From contig NW_026515689.1 in assembly GCF_025526975.1 (NCBI RefSeq), forward strand, positions 62,001-126,000: 64,000 bases of DNA. The letters are read 5' to 3'. Within the stretch, counting starts at the first letter, position 1; each line of letters opens with the position of its first letter. Below, piece by piece: positions 38,005 to 52,100 of this stretch. Under the pieces are notes generated by a model that saw only the letters and a program-made list of their open reading frames with translations, was not told where the DNA came from and did no database searches. The stretch comes from Fimicolochytrium jonesii. Lineage: Eukaryota. Position numbers and translations under genes: made by a program.

Positions 38005-39157
38005 ATGAGCAACCCACGGTATACCCCAACGTCAGACGGACTGGTAAGTGGGCTTTGCAAGTCCGCTTGAACCTGAGGTCTCCGTCTAACCCCTCAACTC
38101 CTCCCCAGTCTCCCGGAACAACCCCGCACTCCACCCGATCACAGCTGACTCCCGCGCTCGACACGACAACAAACACTCCTGTCCTACTAAAACAGCCTCT
38201 CGAACAGCAAACGGGTGAACAGGAGGCTGTGATACTCAAGAACTTGAATGCGAGACGAATTCCGAACGTTGTCAATCTCCTTGATTGTTATGTCGATGAG
38301 GGAACGAAACGGCCGGTTCTCGTATTTCCGGTGCTCAAGCCGTTGCCGCCGGGGAATTTGAACTTGATCACTATTGCTCAGTTCTTGAGGGCAATGATGG
38401 AGGTTAGTCGCGAGCACTGGCGTTGGACCTTTGGCGGGCGGAGCGAGCAGCGAGCGAAATATTATTCAACCATCCATCGCATCACTGATCACACATCCTC
38501 AATCTCTTCACGCAGACCCTGGCGGCAATCCACGAATTAAGGATCGCACACCTGAACCTATCGACAGCCTCACTCATGCTGGATCCGGAGCACATCGACT
38601 CCCTGACCGTCATATCGTGGGGCCGTGCAACCTTCCACGGACCAAGCCCACCACCTCATCCACATACCCCACCCCCGACCGCACACCCCCAAACCGCCAC
38701 CGAAGCCCACCTTCTCGCACACCCCCCACCACCCTCCTTCACATCCCCCGACATCTACGCAGCCGGCTGCATCCTCGGCCAATGGCTCGACCCGTACCTC
38801 CCCAACTGCTCCCTCACCTACCTCCGTTCCCGCCTCGTGCGCAAATCCACCACAACCTACATCTCCCGCAAGCTGATTGACCACCTCTCCGCGCAACGCA
38901 TGCAGGCCGAACCGCCCTGGATCCCTATTGTCGCCGACGCCGCGGACTTGCTGAGCCGCATGCTGGATCCGGATGAGGAGATTAGGATTGGGGCGGGGGA
39001 GGTGCTGAAACACGCGTTTTTGACAAAGGGGGAGGAACATTTTGCGGGAACGGATTGGAGGAGTTGGAAGAGTGAGATGGATCGGGTGGCGGTTAGGGGG
39101 CGTCCGGCGTGGAAGCCGAGTATGGCTGCTGAGCCGATCATTAGGATGCGGGGGTGA
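38005..39157 (+). CDS. protein kinase-fold protein, predicted pseudokinase
   Basis: Introns 38044-38144 and 38403-38516. VLLK, alphaC Glu, NVVNLLD, IAHLNLSTASLM in the catalytic-loop position, ISWG in the DFG position, DIYAAGCIL, DLLSRMLDPD..RI.A..VLKHAF. Confidence 0.8.
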
Positions 39158-39589
39158 TGATCGTGGACACATGCTGAATTCCTCGCCGCACTACTGATAT
39201 CCCTCCCCCGGCGTGGTCCGACCCGGAATTAAACAGTCGTACACAGCACGTTGATGCCTCCTTTCAACACCATTTTTTTTGTTGTAAATATGTACATACA
39301 TCTTCAGCTCTGGCTTCGTTATACAAAGCTGTCTGCCCCATGGACTCAATGGTATTCTGCCTACTCTGTCACTCTCCCTTGTCTGGATCTATATCGTGGG
39401 TCAGAAGCTCCCGGATCCGCCGCTTTTGTTCGGACATCGCGTCTCGAGCACTTCGCTTCGACATTGGGCAGCATTGGGACTGGCATCGGGTAGCCATTGC
39501 AGCATCGTATACGAACGCAACACAGAGAGCTCGCCACCCTTCCCTTCAAGACCTGCCAGGATTCATCCCACCATCCCACTCGGGCCATC

Positions 39590-42500
39590 ATGGAGGTAAG
39601 GGAGCCAGCCGTCGGGGCAGATATCCCGCCCTATCCTCCCTGTCTCGCCATCACTAACCCCTCCCCCTCCAGCACGCACCCCCCCATCTCCGCCCGCACC
39701 TCTCCCGTCTTCCGTCATCCACCTCAACACCCCCGCGCGCCCCTGGGCATCCCCCTGCCTCATCCGTTTCATCATCACCCGACTCGGACCAATTCGAGCG
39801 CGACATCCTCACCCCCCTCCGGGTCGCGAACCAGCAGCGGTGGGCGGAATGGCAGCGGGATGAGGAGATGAAGGATCGGGAGTTCGAGGAGCTGGAGAGG
39901 GGGGTTGGTTTGTTCGGGGCTGATGAGGGGAGGTCACATGGTTCTGAGGGTGGGGGGGAGGATTCTGGGGGGGATGATCTTGATGGATGGCGGGAAGGGG
40001 AAGGGGGTACGAATACGACTGCGAATACGACTACGGGGGGTCATAATGGGATGGGGACTGACGGCGGACAGACACAGACGGGGAGTGGTGGGGTACGGAA
40101 ATCGGAGAAAGGAGCGGGCGGGATCGCGCCGTTGTGCGTGGATCGGATGCGTGGGGTTGGGTGAGTGCCTTCCCATTCCCCCCGTCGTTGCTGCGTAGGG
40201 CGGGCGTGATGTATGGCGAGAGTGGGCTCTATGTCCTCTGGTATACTTACAAGCTATTGGGATTCAGGATCCAACTCGGCGCAGAAGATGGGGAAGGGAT
40301 CGCGGCTGATGGGGGGTTCGCACCGTACGCGGCAGCGGCAGAAGGGGACAACACGATGGAATCATCGTTTGAACCCGTCGGGTTGTTGCGGGATTTCTTC
40401 CCGGATATGCAGCGGAGGAGTGGGGGGAGTTTGAAAGGTGGGGTGTTCACAGGTTGGAGAGAGAGTGGGGATATACGGTCTTCTGATGTCGTGTCTGTCC
40501 TCCGATGCAGTACGGCGAGACGACGTTGGGGCCGTGCCTTTGGACGAGAATGCAGATGCGAGGGTGCGAACGGAGGGCGACGTCCGCGCGCTGGTGAGTT
40601 ACCTTTCTCATCACCCCCACCCGGTCCCGGTTCAATCAGTTTGTTGACAGCTCCTCTGCAATTGGTGTATAGGCAATGGCAAAGGCCGTGCAGCACCAGC
40701 ATGTGAGTTTTTCCGAAGATACACGAGGGTGTGGTTGAGGTACCATGGTGGTTGAGGTACCATGGACAGGGAGTTCTGATCGCATTCTCGGAAACCTAGG
40801 TCGGTGACCTCCACCACGCCAGCCGCGGATCCACGGTTCAAACCGCACCCCCATTACCAGCACCAGCACCACCAGCACCGGTACCGGCGGCGCAACCAGT
40901 CCGGACCATAGCGGTGGAGTACGAGCACTTTCAAGCAGAGAAGGCAAGCCTCTTGACAGCCGAAACACAACACTGTCATATCTTATACTCACCCCGTACC
41001 GTACACCAAAAAAGGAAGCATTTGAGCGATTCAGACACAACGAGGAGAAACGGCTACGAGAGATATGGGAGCAGAACCAGGTTGCTATGAAGCGGGAACG
41101 GCAGGGTTTGGAGAAACAGCGGAAAGCGGCGGAGATTCTGCCGACCAAGAGGTTTGCATCTTCCGATCCGTCATCCCCATTCCCGCTGCGCTGCGTGAGA
41201 GAATCCCGCGTATTAACCCGCACACCCACAAACCAGGGAACGCAAAGAAGTCGAACTGCTCAAAACGGCCCACCAGGCCCTCCAAGCCGACTTCAAGGAA
41301 AAGGAAACCCGCATGACGCACGCATACGAGCGGCTCAAACGGAAAGCCGACGACCTCAAGAAGGAAAACAGCGAGTTGCGGATCCGCGTGGAGGAGCTTG
41401 CGAGGGAGAACGCCGGGCTGGTTAGTCTGGAGCGGGAGAGGGAGAGGGAGAATCGCGTTGGTGTCCGTAAGATGGCTAGTTTCAATAATAAAAGCAGCGG
41501 GGTGGCTGTGGTGAGGCATACCCATCCCAAGACGCCGGAAACGGTTGTTGGGGCGCGGCAAAGGGAGGGGAGTGAGGAACCGCCGGTGAGGGTCAAGTCG
41601 AACGCGGGGGTGAAGCCCGCCCCCACCTCGGCTGTGACGAAGGTGAGGGTTGGGACGGCGATGACGAGGATGCAGCCTAGGAGTCCGCCGGGGGAGGCGG
41701 TGGACGCTTTGGGTGCCAAGGCGAGGGAGTTGGAGTTGCCTGAGATTGTTGAGGTGGGTTTGTATATCGTAGTCACGATCGATGATGAATTGGGAAGCTA
41801 ATGGGGCGAATGGATCCTGCAGCAATGGGTGGGCGACGGCGGAAAGACCGAACGGCGCTACGCGAACGGGACGTGCCTGACGTGGTACCAAAACGGCACG
41901 ATCAAGGAGACGCGCGAGAGTGATGGGATCACTAAGATTCATTATGCGATTGGGGATTGGAAGGAGGTGCGTTTTTCCGTCCTTCTTGCCCCCCAACAAT
42001 ACCACCGCCCGCAAGTGAGAATCATGTGCTAACCGGCCCCATCTCCCCCCAGATCCTCCCCGACGGCGACACAAACTACTGGTTCGAAACCAACAAAGCG
42101 CTGCAAACCCGCTTCGCCGACGGCCGCACGCGCACTCGATACACCGACGGCCAAGAAGAATGGCAATACACCGACGGCAGTTCGGAGATTGTGTTCGCCG
42201 ACCGCACCGTCCGAATCACCTACGCCGACAACGGGTCGTTACAGGAAGAGACGCATTTCCCCGACGCGCGCGTGCAGCGGTTGGAGCGGACGACGCGGAG
42301 GGCGGTGGTGCATGTGGATGGGACGGTGGAGCTGGTGTATGAGGAGGGCGTGAAGGTGGTGAAACGCGCGAACGGGAGTGTGGTGACGGTGGCGAGGTGT
42401 GGGACGCGGGAGACGAGGTATTTGGATGGGAGGGTTAGGGTTAAGGCTGGTGATGTAAGTTTTTGCTTGGTTTGCGGTGTTTTTTTTTTCAAGGAGTGGG

Positions 42501-42629
42501 TGGATTATGGAATGGGCGGGGAGCTGACGGGGTTTCGATTGTGGCATCCGGTTGCAGGGCCGGCTGATATACGAGACGTATATGGATGACGCCGAGCATG
42601 AGCGGCAGTTGCAGGCTCTCAAGGCGTAA
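39590..42629 (+). CDS. SAS-4: centriolar SAS-4/CPAP (CENPJ)-like protein with C-terminal TCP10/G-box domain
   Basis: Low-complexity N-terminus and coiled coil, then beta-hairpin repeats (YANGT, YQNGT, LPDGD, FADG, YTDGQEE, FPD) ending in ETRYLDGRVRVKAGDGRLI. The 5' exon structure is approximate. Confidence 0.8.
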
Positions 42630-43537
42630 AAAGCACACCTGATCCAACTCGCATCCACACCGCCCTGCAAGGGCACCTGTCACTGGGATGAGCTGCCGGA
42701 TGGTCAGTCCCCCCCCTACGCGGTGCCTCCGGCACCCCTCCGTCAACTGCAGCTCTTGGATCATCGCGCCCATATACCCCGACCCCGCGCATCTCTCCCA
42801 TGGACCCGGCTGCCATGAAATGCGACAAGACTGCACATGTATTTCCCGTGGTTGTTTACCACGCCCTGCATCACCCATCCCCCATCTTGTCGGCGATGCG
42901 TGGGATGTGGAGATGGAAGTGATTGGACCTGTTTGTAGAGCTCCTGTATAGTTATTTGGGTCGGAGCGGCGCAGACAGTTTTGGGGTCGAGGGGGTTTTG
43001 TGATTAGAGATACAGTTCTTGGGATTGAGGTTCGAATGAAAGGCGTGAGGATTCTTATCCTGGATACAGCTTTACCGTTGTCAACCGCAGTACCTCCTGG
43101 TATTGAGTGCTCATTTGACCTCGAAGCGGGGTAGGCGGAGCTACTGCGTCCAGATGTGAGATACCACCACGACGTTTCAGGCTCGAACGCCGTGAATACA
43201 GGTGGCTCCGACTCCAACTCGCGGCCAGCTCTCACATCCTGATCAGAAACCTCAAACCGTCTTCGCGCTTTCTCATCGACGCATACCAACGCCAGCTCCC
43301 TGCGCAAAGCAAAATCAGCCCCGATGTCTCGCAGGGCCGAGGATACCCTTTCCTTTTCCTGTTTGAGTCGCACGTCGAGACAACGGGGATCATTTGCGGG
43401 TAGCAGCGTGAGCTTCAAAGCTTATGTAACCCAACGCGTCGCCCCTCATCTTCCCTTTCCCGTTCGCACATGGCATCCCGAGTGGGCCTTTCGATACCAT
43501 CAAAGCAACGCCCCATACGCACACCAACAAGCCAAAA

Positions 43538-44711
43538 ATGGCCACAGCACCGGCACCCGCCTTCTCCACCACCGCCCAACCATCATCATCATCATCATCA
43601 TCCTCAGACCTACCACGCAGCGGGTGCAAAACGACTTCAACATCACAGCGACGCTCTCCGGCGTACCCGGGAGGGGATGCACGGGCGGGGACCAAAAGAA
43701 CGACAGCATCACCCAACCTACGAGAAGCGGCAGCTGTCAGTCCTCCCCACGCCAAAGAGCCCAAATCAAATCGCGCACACGGAACGGGAGATGTGCGGAT
43801 AGAAGGGCACGGCGGAGCGCATTCAGCGGAGGAGGAGGAGGAGGAAGGCGGGTTTGATGAGCGGCCGAAGACGGGCGGGCTGGAACCGAACGTGCTGGAG
43901 ATGTTGAGGGATATCAGCGCGTATATTTCTTGTGCTAGTAGGTTTTTCCCACCGTGCGTTCACGCCGGAGCGCCGGTGTATTCTGGACTCATAGTTCGAT
44001 TCCTTTCTCATGTATATGATGCAGACACGGCAACGGTAACGCAATGGGTATCCGAGGAACGTAGCCTCATAAGTAGGTACCAGCCATTCCACATCCGCCC
44101 GTATCACTCCCCGGCTAACGTCTGGCCCGGCAGCCCCAAACGCCCAACCCCCCGCGACCCTGTCCGCCGGCTCGCGCTTCACACAGATCCGGGGTCCCCG
44201 CGCCGCCTCCACGTCCCCAGACTCCAATGGGAGGAACAATGCAGCTGGGGGTGCCGCCGACAGTGGTGAGCTGATCTGCGGCTTATGAGAGCCGGGTGAA
44301 TGGGGAATTGATTGGAGATGGTCTGATTTTAGCATGGGCGGAATGGACGCTGGAAGCAGTCTGCAAGTGGCTTGAAGGCAGCGGGTTCGGGGAGGAGGAG
44401 GAGAAGGACTTGATACAGCGGTTTGCGGGTGCGTTTTGCTTCCTGCCCTTGCCTTGCCTTGCCTTTCACCACGTATCCCACTCACTCACGCGAAACCACT
44501 ATTCATGATTATGGCAGACCACGCAATAACAGGGCCCCTCCTCTCAGCCCTCAGCAGCGACAGCCTGCAAGCCATGGGCCTGAAGTCAATCGGGCGGCGG
44601 ACGAAATTGTTGGAAAGGATTCGTGTGCTTACTTCTGAGGATATACCTAGCGCCACTATCGCGGGTGCTGATGGGACGGGGACGGGTGCGCGGGAGGGGG
44701 ACGAGAGTTGA
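43538..44711 (+). CDS. SAM (sterile alpha motif) domain protein
   Basis: WTLEAVCKWLEGSGF...FADHAITGPLL..L..DSLQAMGLKSIGRRTKLL across an intron. Ser-rich N-terminus. Confidence 0.8.
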
Positions 44712-45083
44712 GAGCTTGCATACCGTGGCGGGTGGGGAGATGACACTGGCTGCGCACATCATACGAATCGGACAGTGCGGCCCTGTTGATCGGGGTCTTT
44801 TCCGATCTCTGTACAGATTTATGAGGGGCTTTGCGGGATGATATATACCCCCACGCTCTTTCTTTCTCCTTTCTTTCCATTATTATTTATCATCATCATC
44901 ATATTGACCTTTGGCCGTTGCATATGTGCATTCGAGCAAAAAGACGAACGCCAACGGAGGGGCGCAAAACCCGAATCTCTTTTCGAAGAATATTCATGGA
45001 GGCACACATAAAATGGGGTATAAAGAGCAAATCTCATTTGATTCAGCCGCCTTGAGCACATCTTCCCATCCACCCTCCACCCC

Positions 45084-47652
45084 CTATCCACCCACAACCC
45101 CCCTCCTCTCAACCAACTCCAACGTGACCCCCGCCAAAAACGCCGGCACGCTATTCCGCTCCTGCAAATAATACGCCATCCCCGCCGCCAATCTCCTCCT
45201 CACCTCCTCCCGTTCCAATTCCGCCGTCTCGGGGTTACTTTGATCGTCGACGGACAGAGAGGGCGGGTCGATGAGCTGCAGGGTGCCTTGGTCGCCGTCG
45301 CCGGAGGTGAAGAGAAACCCGGGCACGTGCGCGTCGGCGTAGGTGGAAGTGAGGCGGACGCGGCCGTCGGGGTCGATTTCGAGCTTGTAGCCTGCGGGTG
45401 GAAGTAAAATCGGATGTCAATTTGATTGTGGCCATCGTGAAAACATGCAATTCAAGAGTATGGAAAAACCCGTACCTAGCAGCGAATAAACAGCCTCCCG
45501 ATACTCCCTCGCCTTCAACTGAAACTGCTCCTTCAATCTCACCACCCGTTTCTCCTTCTCATCCACCGCCAACTGCAGTTTCGTGCATTCCAGCTGCACG
45601 CTCCTCAAACTCTCAATCGGGACGTTCGCACCCCCCTCACCGCCCAATGTTCCGAGCATGTTCGAATTCGAAGTACTCGAAGACGACCCCAACCGCGTAA
45701 CCTCCTGCACAAGTTTTTGATTCTCCTGCTTGAGCGCATCCAGCGTGCTTTGTCGGATAGCGGCTTCGGCGAGTTCAGGGTTATGAGCGAGTTGGAGGAT
45801 CCGCGTGGTTTGGGTGTTGTATTCGCCGCGGCCGAGGGATTGCTCCAGTTGCCCGACTTTGAGGTCCAGGGCGGTTGATTCTTTGTGGAGGGCGAGTTTT
45901 TCTTGGCGGAGTTGGGACACGATGGATTCGAGTTCGCGGATTTTTTCGAGGAGTTGCGGGTCGGGTGTATTTGAAGAGGCGGTGGTCGGTGGGAATGGTG
46001 TGGAGGTTGGTGGAAACGAGCGGGATTCGGAAAGTACGGTTGCCCCACCTGTTGCGAGCTGCTTCTCCAAGAGAGCGACATGTTTCCGGTACTCATCAAG
46101 CATCTCATCCGATTTTGCGATCCGCTGCGCCTTTGCGCGGTCATACGTCTCGCTCACCAGATGTTCTTCTTCCACGTCGTAGCTCTTCAGCTGTTCCCGC
46201 AGGTATCCAATCTCCTTCTGTGCCAGATTGCGGCTAAGCTCTAATCGTTTCAGAGCTTGGCTTTCACTTAGGCGCTTTCGCTCGGCGGCGGCTGCGGCCT
46301 CTTTGGCTTCCTGGAGCTCGACTTCTAGTCTTTGAATGTGGGACTTGTGACCCATGTGATGTGCGTCGTCCGTTCCAGATCGCTCCTTCAGCTCCGCCAA
46401 CTCCAACCGGACCTGCGCGAGCGTTTTGGCCAGCGCGTATGGAGAGTCGATGCCGACATCATCCCGTTCGCTCAGGTACGCTGTCCACTGGGCCTTCTCG
46501 TCCTGGTACCGTTTGATTTCGAGTTCCAGTGTATTGACTTTCGCCTGATACTGCATCAAGCGCGTGATTTGCGTTTCCAAATGCTGCTTTTCGTCTTTCA
46601 GGCGTTCGTTGTTTTCTTGCATGCCGCGGAGGTACCGGATCTGCTGAGCTGCTTCGTGCAGTTTCGCCTCCAGAGAGCGGACTTGAGACGTTTGCTCCGT
46701 CAGCTGCCGGCGCACGACGGGCAGTTCATCCGAGGCGCTGCCATTCGCCTGTAAGTGGGCGATCGTGGCTTTTGCCTCTGCATATCTCGCATCTGCTAAC
46801 GCGAACTGTTCTCGTCCCGCTTTGATAAATTCAGATTGCCTCTCCCGCTCCGCATGGCACTCGTGTAACTGTTCCTGAGTGCTCTGTAACATATGTTCGA
46901 GCGACTCGTTATCCATGAGGAGTTTCTGCGTCCGCGAGGCTCCCTCTCGCCTGCTGATCGCCAATTGATCCCGCAGCTCAGAGACCTCACGCCGCAGCGC
47001 ACTGGATGACATATCCGCCTTCTTTCTCAGCTCGATCGCATCTTCCTCCTGCGTCCCCAACCGAGCCAACAGGTTCTTATTGGTGCTCGTCAGAAACTCC
47101 CGATCATGTTCCAACTGGTCTATCCGTAACATCGCTTCCTGTAGCCTGCTCTCCTTCTCCTCGCCATTCTTCTCCAGGGTATGAATGGTGCGCTCGAATG
47201 TGGCTTTCTCTTCCATCAGCTTCCGTCGCGCATCTCGGAGGTCTCTGATTTCCTTCCGGGCTTTGATGAGCTCCGGATCAGTATAGAGGTCTAGCGAGGC
47301 ATTCCCATCGCTAGCAGCGCTTCTTCGAAACGAGTCATCCGTCCCTGTACTTCGCAAAAGCATATTTTGCGACTTTGACTGTGAGGCGCCGGCCGTCAGC
47401 CACCAACCGCGGGAGAAGAAAGAGGCATGATGGTTCAATTACCTTCCCATTGGTCGAGCGTAAAAGTTCCCTCCGCGTCACGAATTGGTTGAACTCGCCA
47501 TATATATCTTCAGAGCCACCTGGCCCCGCCGACTGGGAGAGTGATAGGAGCCTGTTTGTTCCATGGGAACGATCAGGAGAGGCCAGGCCGCTCGTCAACG
47601 ACCCTGAGCTTCTTTGGTAGGGATGAAAGTGGGATTGCCTGTTCGCCGGCAT
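45084..47652 (-). CDS. MAD1: spindle assembly checkpoint protein MAD1
   Basis: Long coiled coil, TRILQLAHNP (Mad2-binding motif), RLKEQF..KAREYREAVYSLLGYKL, RVRLTSTYA and VPAFLAGVTLEL. Confidence 0.93.
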
Positions 47653-48043
47653 CCAGGTACAATTTGAGGAAGAGTTCCCGGCGGGACACCGTTTGAGTGA
47701 GTGGCAGACTGACAGATGTAGTAGTGAGCGTCTCCAGGTCTCGTATATGCAGCGGTTTGGGAGATAGTGCGAGGGAGTTCAGTCCATTATGGCGATTCAT
47801 AGGGGGTGGAACCCGGCAGTGGCCAATTGACAGCACGTTTACCGTATCAAACATTCGACAGCTTCCAGACTGCTCCCCGTTCCAAGGCTGCTGGAGCTCG
47901 ACAAGAAAAGACAAGGGGCAACTACATGCAGCAGTATATGCCCAACACATTCCCATACATAAAACTACTTCCCTTCGCAATTGTCCTTCCTCACTAGATA
48001 TCACCGCTAATCATGATGCTTGTCACACCACTTGGATACCCTC

Positions 48044-48497
48044 CTACTCCCCGCGGTAAATGAAATACTTCCCACCGGGGCCACCCTCGATTCTAGGTTT
48101 GCAGCCCGTGAGACCGAAAATCTCGTCGACGACAGCGTTGTGGAACCGCTGAATGGTGTCAATTGTGGGAGGAATAAGGTCTGTCATGGTACCGTTGGGA
48201 AGCTCGTGACCCGAATCTTTCAGGAAAACCTTCAGAATGCTGACAATCAAGACACTGCTGTTGCAAGCGGTCTGATATTTGCCATAGTACTGGAACGCGC
48301 CTAACGGGACATTTGCCATGGTAAGTTGCAGCGAGGTCAGCTTGAAGTTCGTCTCTTGCGTTTCCGAAGCAGTGGTGATAGCTTTCTCCAGCTTCTCCAA
48401 GCGGTTCATGACTTCGTTGTTTGTTTTGCGTTGCACTTCCTGGTGCACTAGTTCTTTCATGGCGCTCTCCAATTCATCACTTGATCCAGTCAGCATG
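48044..48497 (-). CDS. intronless hypothetical protein (~150 aa)
   Basis: Protein-like ORF from MLTGSSDELE, with a coiled-coil N-half and a globular C-half. No family recognised. Confidence 0.5.
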
Positions 48498-49103
48498 TTG
48501 ACGATTTGCTTGAAGGTTTGTATGGTGGATAAGGAGAGAAGCTGTGCTATAGGATGGGATCGGAGACTTGTGTCGGACTGGTTGTGGGTAAGACAGAAAG
48601 TGAAAATCGTAGCGAAGCAGAACGAGCAACAGACTATATAGTGCGCTTGACAGCCTCTCTCCACAAACCGTCTGAAACCAATGCAGCTCTCTATCAAGCT
48701 CGTGGATGATCTATTCTTGCATAGGGCCGCTTTCGAAGGGTTGGGGATGGGGTTGCCATGTGGACTATTGTACTGGAATGTATGCTTGCTGTCCGACCAA
48801 TATGACGGGCCTTGGGGCGGAAGCGTGTCCGAAGTGTCCGAACGTGGCTGCATGTGTGCTTTGAACGCTCCCCTCAGAACTCGCCTCCCCATGGACTTTG
48901 TTTTCAGGCGTCTGGCCAGCCGAAGCGATATCAATAGGGGCCCCCTTCAGATACCGCACCATCTCTTCCGAGGGACGTCTAGCTAAGGAGAGTGTTTGTA
49001 CGAGTGCATGCGACGAACACACTCGCGTCCTTGTGAAATATACACAGGGTTCCCGCATGCCCTCCGGAAGAGGAGACGACGACATTGCCCATAGAAGTCC
49101 AGG

Positions 49104-52100
49104 TCAACTCTTCACCTTCCGCCTCACACCCTTCTTCTTCGCCCCCACTTTCCCACCACTGCCACCACCACCCTCCTTCTTCCCCGCCGCCGACGACGGG
49201 CGTTTTGCTCTCCCTTTTACGCGTTTTGATATTTCACCACTATCTCCCGGGTCTACAGTCGCGTACCCCAGCAAACCACCAACGTCCGAAGTTCGCCACT
49301 GTGATACTACGGCCTCCCACGGGTCTTGATGGACCAGGCTGTGCGATTCGATTTGGAAGTTGGTGTCTATGAGGAGAAAGGAGGGGAATGTGAGGCCCAT
49401 CCATCCACCGTCCATCGTTTCGCGAGCAGGGTATCGTTCCAACCATCCGCCGAACCGTCGCTTCGCTATCTTCCGGCCATCCGGCCATGCGATCAATCCT
49501 GGCTTCCCTCGGTACTCACCACCGAACTGCAGCAGCCTGCCATACGTCGAACGCGCAAAATCGCCGTAGGACGCAGCTGCGTGCACGACCACGCGGAGAA
49601 GACGGAGGTTGTGCAACGTCGAGAGGGTTGTTGCGTACGGTTCTGCAAACGGGCATGCGGATCCAATCAGTCATCGATTCATCAACCTTCCGGGCCCACG
49701 AGATCCCGGGACTATAGTCTGGCCCACTCACCCTCCTCAGCGAACGGCTTAACAGCTCTCAACAACTGTTCCAGCAACGCGATATTGTATGCCGTTAACG
49801 CGTCCATTAGTGCAGGGAGGACATCGCAGTCCACCATTGTTGCGCGATGTCTACGGAATTGATGTCAACGGCCGTGCTAGGAGAAGTTGTAATGTAGTGA
49901 CAAACGTACTTGTGATGCGCGGCGAGATTCGCGAGCGAGCCGGCTGCTTGCGCTGCGATATGGTCTGCATGCACAGCCAAGGATGGTCAGTGAGATCTCC
50001 AAGAAAATAAGAAGGCCCACCCACATGCGACCTAAATAGTCGTACCTTCATCATCCAACAACGCCATCAAAGCCCTCGTCAGCGTCCGAATCATATCCGT
50101 CGTGAAGCCGCCAGTGCTCGTCTTTGTCACTGCGGCAAAAGATCAGCCTCGCATTCGAGGAACAGCCTCGCCTCCCATAACAGGATATACCCCTCTGAGC
50201 AGTCGTCCTCCTCACCACGCCCACCGCTTCAGCCCGTATATAAAACTCCGGAGCATTCAGCAGCGCCACGAGCCGCCGGATCGCGTCTTCGGAGATTTCG
50301 GTTTCCATGCCAAAATCTGTGAAGAGAGGGTCAGTCGGAGATCGATTTGGATGCGAGGAGGGGTCATGGGATGTTGGGAGTACGGGCTTACCGATGACAG
50401 GTGCCGGCCGATCCTCTTTCGGCGGGGCTGGCACGGGCTGCGGCGTCAGCGGAGCGTTGGCGACGGGGATCGTGACCGCGGAGGCGAGCTCGCCCGCCCG
50501 TTTCTTCTCTTCCGCACCTAGGAGCACACCGATTAATCAATTAATCCCACGCCTCCAATCGCTCGCAGAATCTCTCAACAACCCACCTCTCCCCTCCCAC
50601 CCCTCCAACGCCCTCCCCGCTTCCCCCCTCACACTCTCCCCAACCTCTCCCATTTTCACAACACCCCTCAACAAAGCCCCTATCCGAGTTTTCAGATGTG
50701 GAGGTATCCCAGTTGTGTGCGCGATACTTCCCAACCGACCAATGAGTTTGAGTAACGTGAGTTGTTGAGGGGGGGAGGTTGAGAGGAGGTGGGGTTGCAG
50801 GAGGCGTTTGGAGAGGAGTGGGAGGGTATAGAGGCTTTGGTTCGGCGTCAGGATATCGTCTGTGAGGGGTGCCTATTAGCTTCACTACACGGAACAGGAA
50901 TGGAAAAGCGAGGGTTGCTTGTTTTGAGGCCATACCGGCTGAAAGCAAGAGCATGAGGTCGATGATGGCATGTATGACGGGTTCGGATGGGGTTTGCGAC
51001 CATAATCGGATAAGTACATCCACGATACTGCATTGCGCAAACTGCTCGGCGGATACATCTATAAACGATGCATATCAGCCATCCGCGGTAGCACATGCGT
51101 AGTGCAGCCGGACTCACCACACCGTTGCATATCGGTCAACATCTCGATGACATGGATTTGGAGCGCGTCGGAGGAGGAGCAGCGGATGAACGGGTCGATG
51201 AGACGGGTTAGCGGGTGCAAGCTGTGCCGGTCCGCGAAAAGTTTTGCATAGTGTGCTATGAAACAATCCACGGCCGTCAGCGCACAGACCCCGACTCAGA
51301 AGGCAAGTGCGACACGAAAGAAGAGATGGAAATGCAAACGTACGTATCGACAACCACTTCCGTATCTCGGGCATGATTTGGAGAAGATGCGGCTCGGGGA
51401 AGGTTTCGAGCCAGTGCGCGAAACAGGCTACCAAGCTGATCATCTGCTCTTCAACCAATTCTACCAATAGAATAGATTCCCATCAACCCTGCCCTCCCGC
51501 ACGAGAACTCAGATGTCATAAAACCACATACCGGACTCGGACAACATATTCAAGATTCCCACGCAATCCCGCGCGAATTCCGCTGTTGATATTGCTTGGT
51601 GCGCAATGTGGGGCGTGATTTGGTCCGTGTCGGCGGCTGGGGGGATGTTGGAGGAGGTGGGGTAGGTCCAGCGGGAGAGGAATGAGATTAGGGCTGAGGT
51701 TGTTGGGACGTTGGAGAGGGTTTGGGCGGGCGATTTGTCTATATGAGCGTAAGACCGATGCACGATGCCATAAGCTTTCGATGCGCTGTCGTAGTGGGTT
51801 GAGGCGCTGACGAGGTTGAGGAGGGTGTCGAGGACGGTGGGGGGGAGCTGTGGGGGAAGGGGATGTTCAAGTTTCTGGGATTATGTGATTGATGGAGCGC
51901 CGGGAGGCAAGTTTAAGGGATGTGCATCCTCCTTCCTTGCATCGCCCTACTTTTTCTACGCAAGGCCCGTTTGGCGGACAGGGTGGTAGCGAAGCGTCTG
52001 GTTCCTCCGCCCTGCTACTATTGTCGCGGATACCATCAGATCCGGGCCATCTTTTTCCGACCAGAACCGTCCATTCTCCCTTCGGAGTCTCCCTTCCATT

